64,000 nucleotides of DNA from an uncultured Selenomonadales bacterium (GCA_946407095.1 CAMJMR010000001.1:32632-96631), one strand, 5' to 3'. Shown: positions 1 through 10,737, counted from the first letter of the stretch. Numbers and translations are program-made. Notes: generated by a model not told the origin, from the sequence alone.

Positions 1-697
1 TCGGTATCCTGCGCAGAGCCGCCTCGACGTAGATGACGAACACGATCATTGCGATTGCTATCAGCGCGAAGAGCACGACGCTGAAATAATTTATCGTGCC
101 CGCCTGGACGTATTGGAAAATCGTCGCAATGTTTTTCGGCAAAGCCGCCACGATGCCCGCGAAGATTATCAGCGAAATGCCGTTGCCGACGCCCTGCGCG
201 GTTATCTGTTCGCCAATCCACATCAAGAGCGTGGTGCCCGCCGTCAGCGTTATCGCGATTATCAAGATGTTGACGGGGTTTGGATTGAGAATCGCCGCCT
301 TGAGCCCGATTGACATTCCGATTGCTTGAAGGAAAGCCAGCACGACAGTCAGCTTGCGCGTGACGCGAGTGGATTTCTTGTGACCTTCCGCGCCTTCCTT
401 CGACCACTGCTCAAGCGTGGGGACAACGACCGTCAACAGCTGCATGATAATCGCCGCGTTGATGTAGGGCGTGATGCTCATTGCGAAGATTGAGAACTTG
501 CTGAACGCGCCGCCCGAAAATAAATCCAACAGCCCGAATAAGCTTCCGTTGTTGAAAAGCTGTTCGATGGCCGAAGGGTCTACGCCGGGCACGGGGATGT
601 GCGTCCCCATGCGGAACACCGCGAACATAATCAGCGTAAAGATGATTCGTTGCCTAAGCTCAGGTATCTTGAAGATGTTTGACAGAGCCGCCAGCAC
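1..697 (-). CDS. secY: Preprotein translocase subunit SecY, N-terminal part (3' end runs off the window)
   Basis: Absent from the ORF track because the window edge truncates it. Reverse-strand translation from GTG at 697 gives VLAALSNIFKIPELRQRIIFTLIMFAVFRMGTHIPVPGVDPSAIEQLFNNGSLFGLLDLFSGGAFSKFSIFAMSITPYINAAIIMQLLTV. It lies directly after rplO, as in spc operons. Confidence 0.85.
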   Translation of the reverse strand, partial: MLAALSNIFKIPELRQRIIFTLIMFAVFRMGTHIPVPGVDPSAIEQLFNNGSLFGLLDLFSGGAFSKFSIFAMSITPYINAAIIMQLLTVVVPTLEQWSKEGAEGHKKSTRVTRKLTVVLAFLQAIGMSIGLKAAILNPNPVNILIIAITLTAGTTLLMWIGEQITAQGVGNGISLIIFAGIVAALPKNIATIFQYVQAGTINYFSVVLFALIAIAMIVFVIYVEAALRRIP

Positions 698-698
698 T

Positions 699-1139
699 TC
701 AAATCACCTCATGCGAGCCGCCTGCCGCCTCAATCTTTTGAATCGCGGATTTGGTGAAGCCTTGCGCTTTGACAGTCAATTTCTTGGTCAGTTCGCCGTT
801 GCCGAGAATGCGCACGCCGTCGAGGACGTTTTTGAGAATGCCCATTTCTACGAGCGCGACGGCGTCGACGGTCATGTCGTCATCGAAGACGTTGAGCGTT
901 TCGACGTTGACTTCGGCGTATTCCTTGCGCCAAATGTTTTTAAAGCCGCGTTTGGGCAAGCGACGATAAATGGGCATCTGCCCGCCTTCAAAGCCCGGAC
1001 GAACGCCGCCGCCGCTGCGAGACTTTTGGCCTTTGTGGCCGCGTCCCGACGTTTTGCCGCAGCCGGAGCCCGTGCCGCGTCCGAGACGAGTTTTATCCTT
1101 GCGCGCGCCATCGGCCGGCTTGAGTTCGTGCAATTTCAT
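699..1139 (-). CDS. rplO: 50S ribosomal protein L15
   Basis: The 146 aa ORF ([26 protein letters not shown]...) has the L15 Gly/Arg-rich N-terminus. Operon order fits. Confidence 0.95.
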   Translation of the reverse strand: MKLHELKPADGARKDKTRLGRGTGSGCGKTSGRGHKGQKSRSGGGVRPGFEGGQMPIYRRLPKRGFKNIWRKEYAEVNVETLNVFDDDMTVDAVALVEMGILKNVLDGVRILGNGELTKKLTVKAQGFTKSAIQKIEAAGGSHEVI

Positions 1140-1159
1140 AAGCTTAACCCCCTTCCGAT

Positions 1160-1366
1160 TTATTTTGCAACCTTATCTGCCGCGTCTTCGACTTCTTCGA
1201 CCTTCACGAGATGTTCGACCTTGTGAATTTGACCGCGAATGGTCGGGGAGTCGGGCAGAATCGAAAAGGAATTCAGCTTGCGCAATCCGAGCGAGCGGAC
1301 GGTTTTGCGTTGAGTTTCGGGAGTGCCGATGACGCTTCTGACCAATGTAATTTTCAGCTTAGCCAT
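1160..1366 (-). CDS. rpmD: 50S ribosomal protein L30
   Basis: 68 aa [31 protein letters not shown]..., located between rpsE and rplO. Confidence 0.9.
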   Translation of the reverse strand: MAKLKITLVRSVIGTPETQRKTVRSLGLRKLNSFSILPDSPTIRGQIHKVEHLVKVEEVEDAADKVAK

Positions 1367-1379
1367 TAATCAGCCCTCC

Positions 1380-1880
1380 TTAGTTGAAAAGTTCGGCGAC
1401 GGTCTTGCCGCGCAGTTCGGCGACGACTTGAGCGCGCTTTAGCATTTTGAGGCCTTCGAGTGTGGCGCGCACCATGTTGTTGGGGTTGGATGAGCCGAGC
1501 GATTTAGTCAAGATGTCGTGTACGCCCGCCAGTTCCAAGACGGCACGAGCGGGGCCGCCCGCGATGACGCCGGTACCTTTGGAGGCGGGGCGCAACATGA
1601 CTTTGCCCGCGCCGAAGACGCCGACGATGCCGTGAGGAATCGAACGGTCTTTGAGCGCGACCTCGATGAGATTTTTCTTCGCGTCGTCCACGCCCTTGCG
1701 AATCGCTTCGGGAACTTCGGCAGCCTTGCCGAGCCCGACGCCGACTTTACCTTCGCGGTTGCCGACGACGACCAGCGCGCTGAATGAGAATCTGCGACCG
1801 CCCTTGACGACTTTTGCGACACGATTTATAAAGACAACCTTCTCCTCGAATTCGGGAGTTTCAGTTTCATTTCGGGGCAT
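1380..1880 (-). CDS. rpsE: 30S ribosomal protein S5
   Basis: 166 aa ORF with the S5 motifs [10 protein letters not shown] and VGVGLGKA. Confidence 0.95.
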   Translation of the reverse strand: MPRNETETPEFEEKVVFINRVAKVVKGGRRFSFSALVVVGNREGKVGVGLGKAAEVPEAIRKGVDDAKKNLIEVALKDRSIPHGIVGVFGAGKVMLRPASKGTGVIAGGPARAVLELAGVHDILTKSLGSSNPNNMVRATLEGLKMLKRAQVVAELRGKTVAELFN

Positions 1881-1898
1881 TAGTTCAGCCTCCTTTGC

Positions 1899-2258
1899 TT
1901 AGAATTTGAGACCGCCTTCGCGAGCCGCTTCAGCCAAAGCCGCAACGCGTCCGTGGTAAATGTAGCCGCCGCGATCGAAGACGACTTCGCTGATGCCCTT
2001 TTCCAGAGCTTTTTTGGCGATAGCCGCGCCGACAGCCTTTGCCGCCGCGATGTTGCCGCCTTTGCCTTTGAAGTCTTTATCGAGCGAGCTTGCCGCCGCG
2101 AGCGTCATGCCCTTTTCGTCGTCGATAATCTGGGCGTAGATGTGCGCCAACGAGCGGAACACATTCAAGCGCGGACGCTCTGCCGTGCCCGCCACGCGGT
2201 TGCGAACGCGCAGATGTCTCTTTTGGCGAGTTTTGTTTTTGTCTGCCTTAAGAAGCAC
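1899..2258 (-). CDS. rplR: 50S ribosomal protein L18
   Basis: 119 aa ORF ending ...[26 protein letters not shown], the canonical L18 C-terminus. Confidence 0.95.
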   Translation of the reverse strand: MLLKADKNKTRQKRHLRVRNRVAGTAERPRLNVFRSLAHIYAQIIDDEKGMTLAAASSLDKDFKGKGGNIAAAKAVGAAIAKKALEKGISEVVFDRGGYIYHGRVAALAEAAREGGLKF

Positions 2259-2297
2259 TTTCGGACTTCCTCCTTCGCCATGGATTTAAAAAATTTT

Positions 2298-2702
2298 TTA
2301 GTCGCGGAAATCGTCGTGCTCCGCGATAATTTCAATCTCGTTGCCTTCGGGGTCGACGACGACAGCCTCGTAATAGCCGTCGCCGGTGGTGCGTGCGCCG
2401 CTTACGACGATAACGCCTTCCGCGTCGAATTTTTTCATCATGTCGTCAACGTCCTTGCGGTCGCCGACACAAATCGCGATGTGGTGGTAACCCGTGCGGT
2501 AGCGGTCTTTTTTCGGGTCGGCGGAGCTGTTGCGCGTCATAATTTCCAAACGCGAGCCGTCCGCGAAGCTCAAGAAGTAATTGCTGAAGTCGTTGCGGAA
2601 GTTGGTGTACTTTGAGCCCGCCTTCGCGTTGAAGTACTTGACGAAGAAATCTTTCTCCGCCTCCAAATCGTTGACGTACATAGCGACGTGGTCGATTTTC
2701 AT
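2298..2702 (-). CDS. VOC/glyoxalase-family protein inserted between rplF and rplR
   Basis: 134 aa ORF. MKIDHVAMYVNDLEAEKDFF...HIAICV...VVDPEGNEIEI is the typical glyoxalase/bleomycin-resistance/dioxygenase fold signature. Confidence 0.8.
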   Translation of the reverse strand: MKIDHVAMYVNDLEAEKDFFVKYFNAKAGSKYTNFRNDFSNYFLSFADGSRLEIMTRNSSADPKKDRYRTGYHHIAICVGDRKDVDDMMKKFDAEGVIVVSGARTTGDGYYEAVVVDPEGNEIEIIAEHDDFRD

Positions 2703-2744
2703 GATTGTTACCTCCGTTCAAACTTTCTGATCGGCAGTCGAGAA

Positions 2745-3296
2745 TTACTTCTTGCCCTTGGCGCCTGCCTTGCCTTCCTTGCGGCGGATGTGTTCGCCCG
2801 CGTATTTGATGCCTTTGCCCTTGTAGGGTTCGGGTTCGCGCCAACCGCGAATGTTGGCGGCGACCGCGCCGACGAGTTCCTTATCGATGCCGTGGACTGT
2901 TATCGTCGTGGCAGTGGGCGCGTCGAGCGTGATACCCTTAGGCGGTTCGATAATCACGGGGTGAGAGTAGCCGAGCGACAGGTTCAAGTTCTTGCCCTGC
3001 TTGGCGGCACGATAGCCGACGCCCGCGATTTCGAGATTTTTGGTGAAGCCTGTGGTCACGCCGACGACCATGTTGTTGATCAGCGTGCGCGAGAGTCCGT
3101 GCAGACTTCTGTGCGTTTTATCGTCCGAGGGGCGCGTCACCGTCAAGACGCCGTCCTCAATGCTTATTTTCATTTCCGTGGAGATCTTGCGGGACAATTC
3201 GCCCTTGGGACCTTTGACGTGCACCAGATTATCTTCACCGACACTTACGGTGACGCCGGCGGGGATGTGTATTGGTGCCCTTCCGATTCGTGACAT
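2745..3296 (-). CDS. rplF: 50S ribosomal protein L6
   Basis: 183 aa [20 protein letters not shown]... Confidence 0.95.
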   Translation of the reverse strand: MSRIGRAPIHIPAGVTVSVGEDNLVHVKGPKGELSRKISTEMKISIEDGVLTVTRPSDDKTHRSLHGLSRTLINNMVVGVTTGFTKNLEIAGVGYRAAKQGKNLNLSLGYSHPVIIEPPKGITLDAPTATTITVHGIDKELVGAVAANIRGWREPEPYKGKGIKYAGEHIRRKEGKAGAKGKK

Positions 3297-3317
3297 GTCA
3301 GCACCTCCAAAAGTTTT

Positions 3318-3716
3318 TTACCAGACGTAAGCGATAACTTCACCGCCGAGGCCTGCTTTGCGAGCCTGCTTGTCGCTCATGATGCCTTGCGAGGTGGAGA
3401 TAATCGCGATACCGAGCCCGCCGAGCACACGTGGAATATCTTTCCGTTTGGTGTATTGGCGAAGCCCCGGCCTGGAGATGCGCTTGATGCCCGTAATGAC
3501 TTTTTCGCGTTCGGGACCGTATTTAAGCTTGACGGTCAAAACGCCCTGCTTATTGTCCTCTGCGAAGGTGAAATCTTTGATGAAACCTTCCCGCTTGAGC
3601 ACGTCGGCGATAGCGACTTTGATTTTGGAGCCGGGAATTTCAACCTTGTCGTGGTAGACGGAATTGGCATTGCGAATGCGAGTGAGCATATCCGCAATAG
3701 GATCAGTCATTCCCAT
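3318..3716 (-). CDS. rpsH: 30S ribosomal protein S8
   Basis: 132 aa ORF ...[14 protein letters not shown].... An AGGAGG Shine-Dalgarno sits 11 nt upstream of the first ATG. Confidence 0.95.
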   Translation of the reverse strand: MGMTDPIADMLTRIRNANSVYHDKVEIPGSKIKVAIADVLKREGFIKDFTFAEDNKQGVLTVKLKYGPEREKVITGIKRISRPGLRQYTKRKDIPRVLGGLGIAIISTSQGIMSDKQARKAGLGGEVIAYVW

Positions 3717-3747
3717 AGAATCGATATCCTCCTTTCGATTGAATGAA

Positions 3748-3933
3748 TTACCAACTGGATTTGGTTATACCGGGGATGTCGCCGGCGTAGCTGTGGACAC
3801 GGAAGCAGATGCGGCACATTTGGAACTTGCGGATGTAGCCGTGGGGTCTGCCGCAGATTTTGCAGCGGTTGTACTTGCGGGTCGAGAATTTGGGTTCTTT
3901 GCTCCACTTTTCGATTAAAGCTTTCTTCGCCAT
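3748..3933 (-). CDS. rpsN: 30S ribosomal protein S14, type Z (zinc-binding, 61 aa)
   Basis: 61 aa ORF with the CKICGRP...CRIC zinc-ribbon cysteines. Confidence 0.95.
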   Translation of the reverse strand: MAKKALIEKWSKEPKFSTRKYNRCKICGRPHGYIRKFQMCRICFRVHSYAGDIPGITKSSW

Positions 3934-3976
3934 TTGATAATCACTTCCTGACTAACTGAAATGTTGACGTTACGAA

Positions 3977-4068
3977 GCTAGCAATGCGCAGCGTTGCGTA
4001 TGGACGCGGTGACCAACTTTGAACAGAATAACGTTGGAGCGCGACCGCAGGATGCAACGTCACGTTGC
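3977..4068 (+). repeat. Family-1 palindrome-ended element, copy 1 (subtype a)
   Basis: GCTAGCAATGCGCAGCGTTGCGTATGGACGCGG...GGATGCAACGTCACGTTGC. It aligns with the copies at 31436, 31610 and 46380, and overlaps the last codons of rplE. Confidence 0.8.
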
Positions 4069-4602
4069 GGCGAACGGCATACCCAAGAGCGAGAGGAATT
4101 CACGCGCCTCTTCGTCGGATTTGGCCGTCGTGACGATGATAATATCCATGCCGCGAATTTTTTCGATTTTGTCGTATTCGATTTCGGGGAAGATGAGCTG
4201 TTCCTTGACGCCGATAGCGTAATTGCCTCTGCCGTCGAAGGAATTTCTGCTGACGCCTCTGAAGTCGCGAACGCGCGGCAAGGCAACGTTCATGAACTTG
4301 TCGAGGAATTCATACATACGGCGGCCGCGCAGGGTGACTTTGCAACCGATAGGCATACCGGTGCGGAGTTTCCAGGCGGCAAGGGATTTGCGTGCGCGAG
4401 TGATGACGGGCTTTTGGCCTGCGATAGTGGTCAAGTCGGCAACGGCCGATTCGAGGACTTTGGCATTGCCGACGGCATCGCCGCACGCCATATTGATGAC
4501 GATTTTTTCAAGCTTGGGCACCTGCATGACGTTCTTGTAAGAGAATTTTTGGGTCAAAGCGGGAATAACTTCGGCTTTGTACTTGTCGAGAAGTCTGCTC
4601 AA
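4060..4602 (-). CDS. rplE: 50S ribosomal protein L5
   Basis: 180 aa [23 protein letters not shown].... The last codons and the stop come from the family-1 terminal hairpin. Confidence 0.95.
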   Translation of the reverse strand: MSRLLDKYKAEVIPALTQKFSYKNVMQVPKLEKIVINMACGDAVGNAKVLESAVADLTTIAGQKPVITRARKSLAAWKLRTGMPIGCKVTLRGRRMYEFLDKFMNVALPRVRDFRGVSRNSFDGRGNYAIGVKEQLIFPEIEYDKIEKIRGMDIIIVTTAKSDEEAREFLSLLGMPFAAT

Positions 4603-4614
4603 GATAACACCTCC

Positions 4615-4938
4615 TTACTCAATGACTTCGCCGCATTTTTTGCATACGCGAGCGTTTTTGCCGTTAATGTCCTTGTGGCCGATACGAGTGGGCTTGTTGC
4701 AAGCGGGGCAAACGAGCTGAACTTTGCAAGCGTGCAAGGGCATTTCCTTGGTGATGATGCCGCCGTTGGGAACTTTGAGGCTGGGCTTGCTGTGGCGTTT
4801 GACTTTGTTGACGCCTTCGACGACGACCTTGCCTGCTTTGGGCATGGCGGTGATGATTTTGCCCTGCTTGCCCTTATCCTTGCCGGAAAGGACGACGACC
4901 GTGTCGCCCTTTTTGACGTGCAGTTTAACCAGTGACAA
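4615..4938 (-). CDS. rplX: 50S ribosomal protein L24
   Basis: 107 aa ORF with a KOW-like segment [20 protein letters not shown]. Confidence 0.95.
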   Translation of the reverse strand: MSLVKLHVKKGDTVVVLSGKDKGKQGKIITAMPKAGKVVVEGVNKVKRHSKPSLKVPNGGIITKEMPLHACKVQLVCPACNKPTRIGHKDINGKNARVCKKCGEVIE

Positions 4939-4956
4939 CTCGGCACCTCCTTTCCT

Positions 4957-5325
4957 TTACAAAACTTCGGGCGCGAGAGAAATAATTTTCATGAAGTCTT
5001 TATCGCGAAGTTCGCGGGCAACGGGTCCGAAAATACGCGTGCCGCGCGGGGTTTTGTCCTCTTTGATGATGACGGCGGCATTTTCGTCGAAGCGAATGTA
5101 GGAGCCGTCGGGGCGGCGCAAGCCCTTCTTGGAACGAACGACGACCGCTTTGACGACGTCGCCCTTTTTGACTTGACCGCCGGGCGTGGCGGATTTGACG
5201 GAGGCAACGATGATGTCGCCGATGTTGGCGTAGCGGCGGAAGGAGCCGCCGAGGACGCGAATGCACATAATTTCCTTTGCGCCGGTGTTATCGCCGACGT
5301 TGAGGCGCGATTGTTGCTGAATCAC
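4957..5325 (-). CDS. rplN: 50S ribosomal protein L14
   Basis: 122 aa [21 protein letters not shown]... Confidence 0.95.
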   Translation of the reverse strand: MIQQQSRLNVGDNTGAKEIMCIRVLGGSFRRYANIGDIIVASVKSATPGGQVKKGDVVKAVVVRSKKGLRRPDGSYIRFDENAAVIIKEDKTPRGTRIFGPVARELRDKDFMKIISLAPEVL

Positions 5326-5346
5326 GATTTAACCTCCTTTCTTTGA

Positions 5347-5423
5347 CTAGGGAATTAGGGAACTAGGTTTTAGGGAATTAGTAAAAAGCTGTTTCCCTGC
5401 TTCCCTAATGCTCTGTTTCCCTA
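5347..5423. repeat. Inverted array of TAGGGAA / TTCCCTA heptamer-like units (potential long imperfect hairpin) in the rpsQ-rplN spacer
   Basis: Three TAGGGAA units at 5347-5382 face three TTCCCT(A) units at 5391-5423. The array abuts the rpsQ stop codon. Confidence 0.6.
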
Positions 5424-5687
5424 CTTAGCCTTCTCGACGATTTGAACGAGCCGCCAACGTTTTTCCTTCGACAGCGGGCGCGTTTCCATGATAGAAACTT
5501 TATCGCCGACGTGTGCTTCGCCGTTTTCGTCATGAGCCTTGAACTTGACGGTGCGCTTGACGGCTTTTTTGTAAAGTTTGTGCTGAACGAGTTCTTCAAT
5601 GGCGACGACGATGGTCTTGTCCATTTTATCGCTGACGACCTTGCCGACGCGCACTTTGCGCTCGTTGCGTTTGATTTGTTCGCTCAC
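5421..5687 (-). CDS. rpsQ: 30S ribosomal protein S17
   Basis: 88 aa ORF ...[19 protein letters not shown]... Confidence 0.95.
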   Translation of the reverse strand: MSEQIKRNERKVRVGKVVSDKMDKTIVVAIEELVQHKLYKKAVKRTVKFKAHDENGEAHVGDKVSIMETRPLSKEKRWRLVQIVEKAK

Positions 5688-5699
5688 GATAACGCCTCC

Positions 5700-5900
5700 T
5701 TACTGACGAATGCCGAGCGCGGCTTCATGCTGAATGGTTTTGATTTGGGCGATGGAGCGTTTGACTTCGCGAATGCGCATGGGGTTTTCGAGCTGACCCG
5801 TGGCGTGCTGAAAGCGGAGGTTGAAAAGTTCTTCCTTGAGCGATTTGATTTTTTCGGTCTGTTCGTCGGCTGACAAATCGCGAATTTCATTAACTTTCAT
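5700..5900 (-). CDS. rpmC: 50S ribosomal protein L29
   Basis: Uses an internal ATG of the 5700..6164 [43 protein letters not shown] is canonical L29. The upstream part of that ORF is out-of-frame overlap with rplP. Confidence 0.9.
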   Translation of the reverse strand: MKVNEIRDLSADEQTEKIKSLKEELFNLRFQHATGQLENPMRIREVKRSIAQIKTIQHEAALGIRQ

Positions 5901-6444
5901 GAGCGTCACCGCCTTCTTTGGCAGCAGATTCAGCCGCTTGAGCTTCTGCCGCGTGTTCCTGTTCGTAGGCGGCGTGAGCGGCGCGCTTGGCATCTGCGAG
6001 AGTTTCATTAACGACGGGGACGTAAACGTCACCTTGGTGGTCTGAAACGATGAATTTGGTTTTAATGGGCAACTTGTGGCCGGCAAGGCGCATTGCTTCG
6101 GCGGCAATCTCTTTCGGGACGCCTGCCATTTCAAACAAGACGCGACCGGGCTTGACGACGGCAACCCAGTATTCGGGCGAGCCTTTGCCGCTGCCCATAC
6201 GAGTTTCGGCGGGTTTGGCAGTGACGGGCTTGTCGGGGAAAATTTTTATCCAGACTTGACCGCCGCGGCGAATGTAACGCGTCATTGCGATACGAGCCGC
6301 CTCAATCTGACGATTGGTTATCCAAGCGGGCTCAAGCGCGACCAAACCGTACTGACCGTGAGCGATCGTGTTGCCGCGATTGGATTTGCCCTTCATGCGA
6401 CCGCGGAATTGCTTGCGGTACTTCGTCCTCTTCGGAATCAACAT
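5890..6444 (-). CDS. rplP: 50S ribosomal protein L16 with an Ala/Glu-rich C-terminal extension of about 45 aa
   Basis: 184 aa [22 protein letters not shown]...[10 protein letters not shown], followed by ...[39 protein letters not shown]. It overlaps the rpmC start by 11 nt. Confidence 0.9.
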   Translation of the reverse strand: MLIPKRTKYRKQFRGRMKGKSNRGNTIAHGQYGLVALEPAWITNRQIEAARIAMTRYIRRGGQVWIKIFPDKPVTAKPAETRMGSGKGSPEYWVAVVKPGRVLFEMAGVPKEIAAEAMRLAGHKLPIKTKFIVSDHQGDVYVPVVNETLADAKRAAHAAYEQEHAAEAQAAESAAKEGGDAHES

Positions 6445-7121
6445 TACGCTTCGCCCCCTTCAGCTTGACGGACGCCCTTGTCCTTTTTGTCGGGGAGAAT
6501 TTCGCCCTTGAAAATCCAAACCTTGATGCCGATGCGCCCGTAAGTGGTGTTCGCCTCCGCGAAACCGTAATCGATGTCTGCGCGCAGGGTGTGCAAGGGG
6601 ATTGAGCCTTCGCGGTAGGATTCGCTGCGAGCAATTTCCGCGCCGCCGAGGCGACCGCTGCACGCGATTTTGATACCCTTGGCACCGAGGCGCATTGTCC
6701 TGCCGACAGCCTGTTTCATGGCGCGGCGGAAGGCGATACGGCGTTCCAACTGCGAGGCGATATTTTCTGCCACGAGCAACGCGTCCAAATCGGGTTGGCG
6801 AATCTCCATGATGTTAATATCGACGCGCTTTTCGGTGAGCTTCTTGAGTTTGTTTTTGATGTCCTCTATGCCCGCGCCGCCGCGTCCGATAACCATACCG
6901 GGCTTGGCAGTGTGAATCGTAAGCTTGAGGCGTTTTTCCGAGCGTTCAATCTCAATGCGCGAGACGCCCGCCGAGGACAACTGCTTATCGGTTTTGATGG
7001 CCTTGCGGATTTTGATGTCTTCGTGAAGATTTGTCGCGAAGTCCTTATCGGCATACCATTTCGCGTCCCACGTCTTGACTATGCCGAGGCGAATTCCGTG
7101 CGGATGTACCTTCTGACCCAA
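6444..7121 (-). CDS. rpsC: 30S ribosomal protein S3
   Basis: 225 aa [27 protein letters not shown]... Confidence 0.95.
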   Translation of the reverse strand: MGQKVHPHGIRLGIVKTWDAKWYADKDFATNLHEDIKIRKAIKTDKQLSSAGVSRIEIERSEKRLKLTIHTAKPGMVIGRGGAGIEDIKNKLKKLTEKRVDINIMEIRQPDLDALLVAENIASQLERRIAFRRAMKQAVGRTMRLGAKGIKIACSGRLGGAEIARSESYREGSIPLHTLRADIDYGFAEANTTYGRIGIKVWIFKGEILPDKKDKGVRQAEGGEA

Positions 7122-7139
7122 ACCGTTTCCCTCCTTCGA

Positions 7140-7505
7140 TTATTTTTGTTCGTCGACAGTTTCTTTTTCGCTGACGACAACCGTGATATGCGAGGTGTGC
7201 TTGAGGATGCCGAACGCTTGACCGCGCGAGCGGGGGTGATACCTTTTGATTGTCGGTCCCTGGTCGACGAAACAAGTCGAGACGAAAAGTTTTTCGGCGT
7301 CCATGTCGAAATTGTTTTCGGCGTTGGCTACGGCACTCTTGAGCACTTTGGCAATGAGCCCCGAGCCGCGTTTGGGCGTGAATTTCAAAATCGCGAAGGC
7401 GTCCGCAACGTCCTTGCCGCGAATCAAATCCATGACGATGCGGACTTTGCGCGGCGCAATTCTCACATACTTGGCGATTGCTTTGGCTTCCTTGACTTCT
7501 GCCAC
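7140..7505 (-). CDS. rplV: 50S ribosomal protein L22
   Basis: 121 aa ORF ...[21 protein letters not shown]... Confidence 0.95.
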   Translation of the reverse strand: MAEVKEAKAIAKYVRIAPRKVRIVMDLIRGKDVADAFAILKFTPKRGSGLIAKVLKSAVANAENNFDMDAEKLFVSTCFVDQGPTIKRYHPRSRGQAFGILKHTSHITVVVSEKETVDEQK

Positions 7506-7541
7506 GTGATGACCTCCTTTCGACAGCCTTTAGCTGACAGA

Positions 7542-7823
7542 TTATTTGAGCGACATTTTGCGTTCTTCGCCGGCGTGACCTTTGAAAGTGCGCGTGGGAG
7601 CGAATTCGCCGAGCTTGTGCCCGACCATATCTTCCGTGACGTAAACAGGTACGTGCTTGCGGCCGTCGTGGACGGCGATTGTGTGTCCGACGAACGCAGG
7701 AAGAATCGTTGAGCTGCGCGACCAGGTGCGGATGACTTTCTTATCGTTGGCGTCGTTGAGAGCCTCGATTTTCTGCAAAAGCTTTTCCTGCACGAACGGG
7801 CCTTTCTTAACAGACCTGGACAA
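7542..7823 (-). CDS. rpsS: 30S ribosomal protein S19
   Basis: 93 aa [14 protein letters not shown]...[16 protein letters not shown]. Confidence 0.95.
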   Translation of the reverse strand: MSRSVKKGPFVQEKLLQKIEALNDANDKKVIRTWSRSSTILPAFVGHTIAVHDGRKHVPVYVTEDMVGHKLGEFAPTRTFKGHAGEERKMSLK

Positions 7824-7843
7824 AGTTGTTTCCTCCTTCCCGC

Positions 7844-8668
7844 TTACTTACGCCGACGAACGATAAGCTTGTCGGATGCTTTCTTCTTGCGAGTCTTGGC
7901 ACCCATAGCGCACTTGCCCCACTTGGTGACGGGGTGCTTGCGGCCGACAGGGCTGCGACCTTCGCCGCCGCCGTGCGGATGGTCTACAGGGTTCATTGCC
8001 ACGCCGCGATTGGCGGGACGAATGCCCATCCAGCGCGAACGACCTGCCTTGCCGATTGTGATGTTCTCGTGGTCAAGGTTGCCGACCTGTCCGATAGTTG
8101 CGCGGCAGTTGATGTGAACTTTGCGCACTTCGCCCGACGGCATACGAATCGTCGCGTAAATTCCCTCTTTGGCCATGAGCTGAGCCGCTGCGCCAGCACT
8201 GCGAACGAGTTGCCCGCCCTTGCCGATTTTCAGTTCGATGTTGTGAATCATGGTGCCGACGGGGATATTTTTCAGCGGCAAGGCGTTTCCGGTCTTGATG
8301 TCGGCTTCCGCGCCAGATTCGACCTTATCGCCGACCTTGAGCCCGTTGGGCGCGAGGATGTAGCGTTTTTCGCCGTCCGCGTAGTTGAGCAGGGCGATGC
8401 GCGCGCTGCGATTCGGATCGTATTCAATCGTTGCGACCTTGGCGGGGATGCCGTCTTTGTTGCGCTTGAAGTCGATTATGCGATAGCGACGCTTATGCCC
8501 GCCGCCTTGGTGACGAACCGTCAAACGTCCCTGCTGATTGCGACCGCCGTGCTTTTTGAGCGGCGCGAGCAAAGATTTTTCGGGCTTGTCCGTCGTGATT
8601 TCCTCGAACGTCGAAACTGTCATGTGACGGCGTCCGGGCGTGTAGGGCTTGAAAGATTTAATTCCCAC
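7844..8668 (-). CDS. rplB: 50S ribosomal protein L2
   Basis: 274 aa ORF ...[16 protein letters not shown]... Confidence 0.95.
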   Translation of the reverse strand: MGIKSFKPYTPGRRHMTVSTFEEITTDKPEKSLLAPLKKHGGRNQQGRLTVRHQGGGHKRRYRIIDFKRNKDGIPAKVATIEYDPNRSARIALLNYADGEKRYILAPNGLKVGDKVESGAEADIKTGNALPLKNIPVGTMIHNIELKIGKGGQLVRSAGAAAQLMAKEGIYATIRMPSGEVRKVHINCRATIGQVGNLDHENITIGKAGRSRWMGIRPANRGVAMNPVDHPHGGGEGRSPVGRKHPVTKWGKCAMGAKTRKKKASDKLIVRRRK

Positions 8669-8698
8669 TTACGTTTTACCTCCTTTGTCGAAAAATTT

Positions 8699-8980
8699 TT
8701 AAGCTCCGAAGAGTTCAATCGTCTGACCCGCCGCGAGCTTGACGATAGCTTTTTTGTAGCTGTTGGTCTTGCCGACCGTGCGGCCGCGACGTTTGGTCTT
8801 GCCCTTGACGTTAATCGTGTTGACCGCCAAAACGTCGACTTTGAAAATTTCCTCGACGGCTGCGGCGATTTGAATCTTGTTGGCGCGCTTATCGACGACG
8901 AAGACGAATTTGCCCTCCGTCATCAAGTCGGTGGAACGTTCGCTGATAAGCGGGCGAATCAAAATGTCTCTGGCCTCCAT
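8699..8980 (-). CDS. rplW: 50S ribosomal protein L23
   Basis: 93 aa ORF, positioned between rplD and rplB. Confidence 0.9.
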   Translation of the reverse strand: MEARDILIRPLISERSTDLMTEGKFVFVVDKRANKIQIAAAVEEIFKVDVLAVNTINVKGKTKRRGRTVGKTNSYKKAIVKLAAGQTIELFGA

Positions 8981-9606
8981 TACGCGTACACCTCCTCAAT
9001 CTTCGCGACGGCGTCCTTGGTGAGGAAGAGTTTATCGCTGTTGAGAATGTCATAGACGTTGAGCTGAAGCGCGGCGATAGCCTTGGCGTTCTGCAGGTTG
9101 TTCGACGAGCGCGTTACGTTGTCGATGAGTTCGCGGGTAATGAACAGCGACTTGCAACCGTCGACGCCGAAAGTCTTTTGAAGTTCGACGAACTTTTTGG
9201 TCTTGGGCTCGTCGAAGTCAAGCTTATCCAGGACGATTAAATTGCCTTCGTTGAGCTTGTCGGTGAGGACGCACTTCAAAGCAAGGCGACGCTGTTTGCG
9301 CGGCATGGTGAAGGCGTAGTTGCGGGGATGCGGTCCGAAGATTGTGCCGCCGCCGCGCCAAAGGGGACTTCTGCGGGAACCTGCGCGGGCGCGACCTGTG
9401 CCTTTTTGCCGCCAAGGTTTTCTGCCGCCGCCGCGAACATCTGCGCGGGTTTTGGTATCGTGCGTGCCGAGTCTCCACGACGCCATTTGCATGACGACCG
9501 CTTGATGGACAAGCCCTTCGTTAATCTCGACGCTGAAAATTTCTTCGCTGAGTTCGATATCGCCGACCTTTTTGTTGGCCATATCGTAGACTGCTACAGT
9601 TGGCAT
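8980..9606 (-). CDS. rplD: 50S ribosomal protein L4
   Basis: 208 aa ORF ...[20 protein letters not shown]... Confidence 0.95.
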   Translation of the reverse strand: MPTVAVYDMANKKVGDIELSEEIFSVEINEGLVHQAVVMQMASWRLGTHDTKTRADVRGGGRKPWRQKGTGRARAGSRRSPLWRGGGTIFGPHPRNYAFTMPRKQRRLALKCVLTDKLNEGNLIVLDKLDFDEPKTKKFVELQKTFGVDGCKSLFITRELIDNVTRSSNNLQNAKAIAALQLNVYDILNSDKLFLTKDAVAKIEEVYA

Positions 9607-9630
9607 TATCTCGTATCCTCCTTTCGATGA

Positions 9631-10281
9631 TTATTTGTGCTTGCGCGTGGGCTTAACGGTTTCGCGGACGATGACGAGGCTTTTCTTCGCGCCGGGGATT
9701 GCGCCCTTGATTAAGAGCAAATTCCTGTCGGCGTCGACCTTAACGACCGTCAACCGCTGAATCGTCGTGCGAATGCCGCCCATGCGTCCGGGAAGCCGCT
9801 TGCCTTTGATGACGCGACCGCCGGGGCCGGAAAGCATTGCGCCTGTTGAGCCGGGCTCGCGGTGTGACTTTGAGCCGTGACCCATGGGGCCGCGCGCGAA
9901 GTTGTGACGCTTGATTGAGCCCGCGAAGCCTTTGCCCTTCGACGTGCCGATAACGTCAACCAATTCGCCCGCCGCGAAGATGTCTACGCCGATGACGTCG
10001 CCGACCTTGTATTCGGACTCCGCCGCAAGACGCAATTCGCGAATGAACTTGACGGGTTTGACTTCAGCCTTCTTGAACTGACCCATGTCGGGCTTGTTGA
10101 CTCTGTCCTCTTTGACTTCGCCGAAGCCGAGCTGAACCGCGCAGTAGCCGTCGGTGTCGACGGTCTTGTTGCGAATGACGACGTTGTTGCCCGTTTCGAC
10201 TACCGTGACGGGAATGACGCGCCCTTCCTCCGTGAAGATTTGCGTCATGCCGAGCTTAATGCCTAAAATCGCCTTTGCCAA
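9631..10281 (-). CDS. rplC: 50S ribosomal protein L3
   Basis: The L3 sequence (M)AKAILGIKLGMTQIF... starts at TTG 10281, preceded by GGGAGGTG. The longer track ORF to 10386 overlaps rpsJ and is rejected. Confidence 0.9.
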   Translation of the reverse strand: MAKAILGIKLGMTQIFTEEGRVIPVTVVETGNNVVIRNKTVDTDGYCAVQLGFGEVKEDRVNKPDMGQFKKAEVKPVKFIRELRLAAESEYKVGDVIGVDIFAAGELVDVIGTSKGKGFAGSIKRHNFARGPMGHGSKSHREPGSTGAMLSGPGGRVIKGKRLPGRMGGIRTTIQRLTVVKVDADRNLLLIKGAIPGAKKSLVIVRETVKPTRKHK

Positions 10282-10297
10282 TGTTTTCACCTCCCGA

Positions 10298-10609
10298 TTA
10301 AACCTTAATCTCGATGTCAACACCGGCGGGCAAATCCAGCCGCATGAGCGCATCAACCGTCTTGTGGGTCGGCTGAAGGATGTCAATCAAGCGTTTGTGC
10401 GTGCGCATCTCGAATTGTTCACGCGAATCCTTGTTGATGTGCGGCGAGCGCAGGATTGTGTAGATGTTCTTTTCTGTCGGCAAGGGGATGGGACCCGATA
10501 CCAACGCGCCGGTTTTCTTGGCGGTCTCCACAATCTTGGCCGCGCTCTGGTCCAACGACTTGTGGTCGTAGGCTTTGAGGCGAATCCTGATTTTCTGTTG
10601 CTTTGCCAA
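10298..10609 (-). CDS. rpsJ: 30S ribosomal protein S10
   Basis: 103 aa [25 protein letters not shown]... Confidence 0.95.
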   Translation of the reverse strand: MAKQQKIRIRLKAYDHKSLDQSAAKIVETAKKTGALVSGPIPLPTEKNIYTILRSPHINKDSREQFEMRTHKRLIDILQPTHKTVDALMRLDLPAGVDIEIKV

Positions 10610-10737
10610 AACAATTCCTCCTTAGTCGGAAGTCTTAGCTTCCAACGTTGCTCCGTAGCAGTTCCCTCGACAAGGCGGAATGTTCCTTGCCTAGCAATCT
10701 GCCGTGTCAAAGCTTAGCGGCGTGTTGCGAATAAAAA

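Noticed and set aside
5700-6164. 154-aa ORF covering rpmC and the 3' part of rplP.
   Set aside because: Only the last 66 codons (from ATG 5900) match L29. The upstream part is an out-of-frame overlap with the rplP coding sequence.
8688-8700. Recurrent AAAAATTTTT-like palindromic A/T tracts next to stop codons (2284, 8690, 11152, 12393, 16540, 20548, 21265).
   Set aside because: They are short, low-complexity and variable in sequence. They are compatible with ordinary A/T-rich spacers or translation-enhancer regions upstream of Shine-Dalgarno sites. There is not enough evidence for a specific motif.
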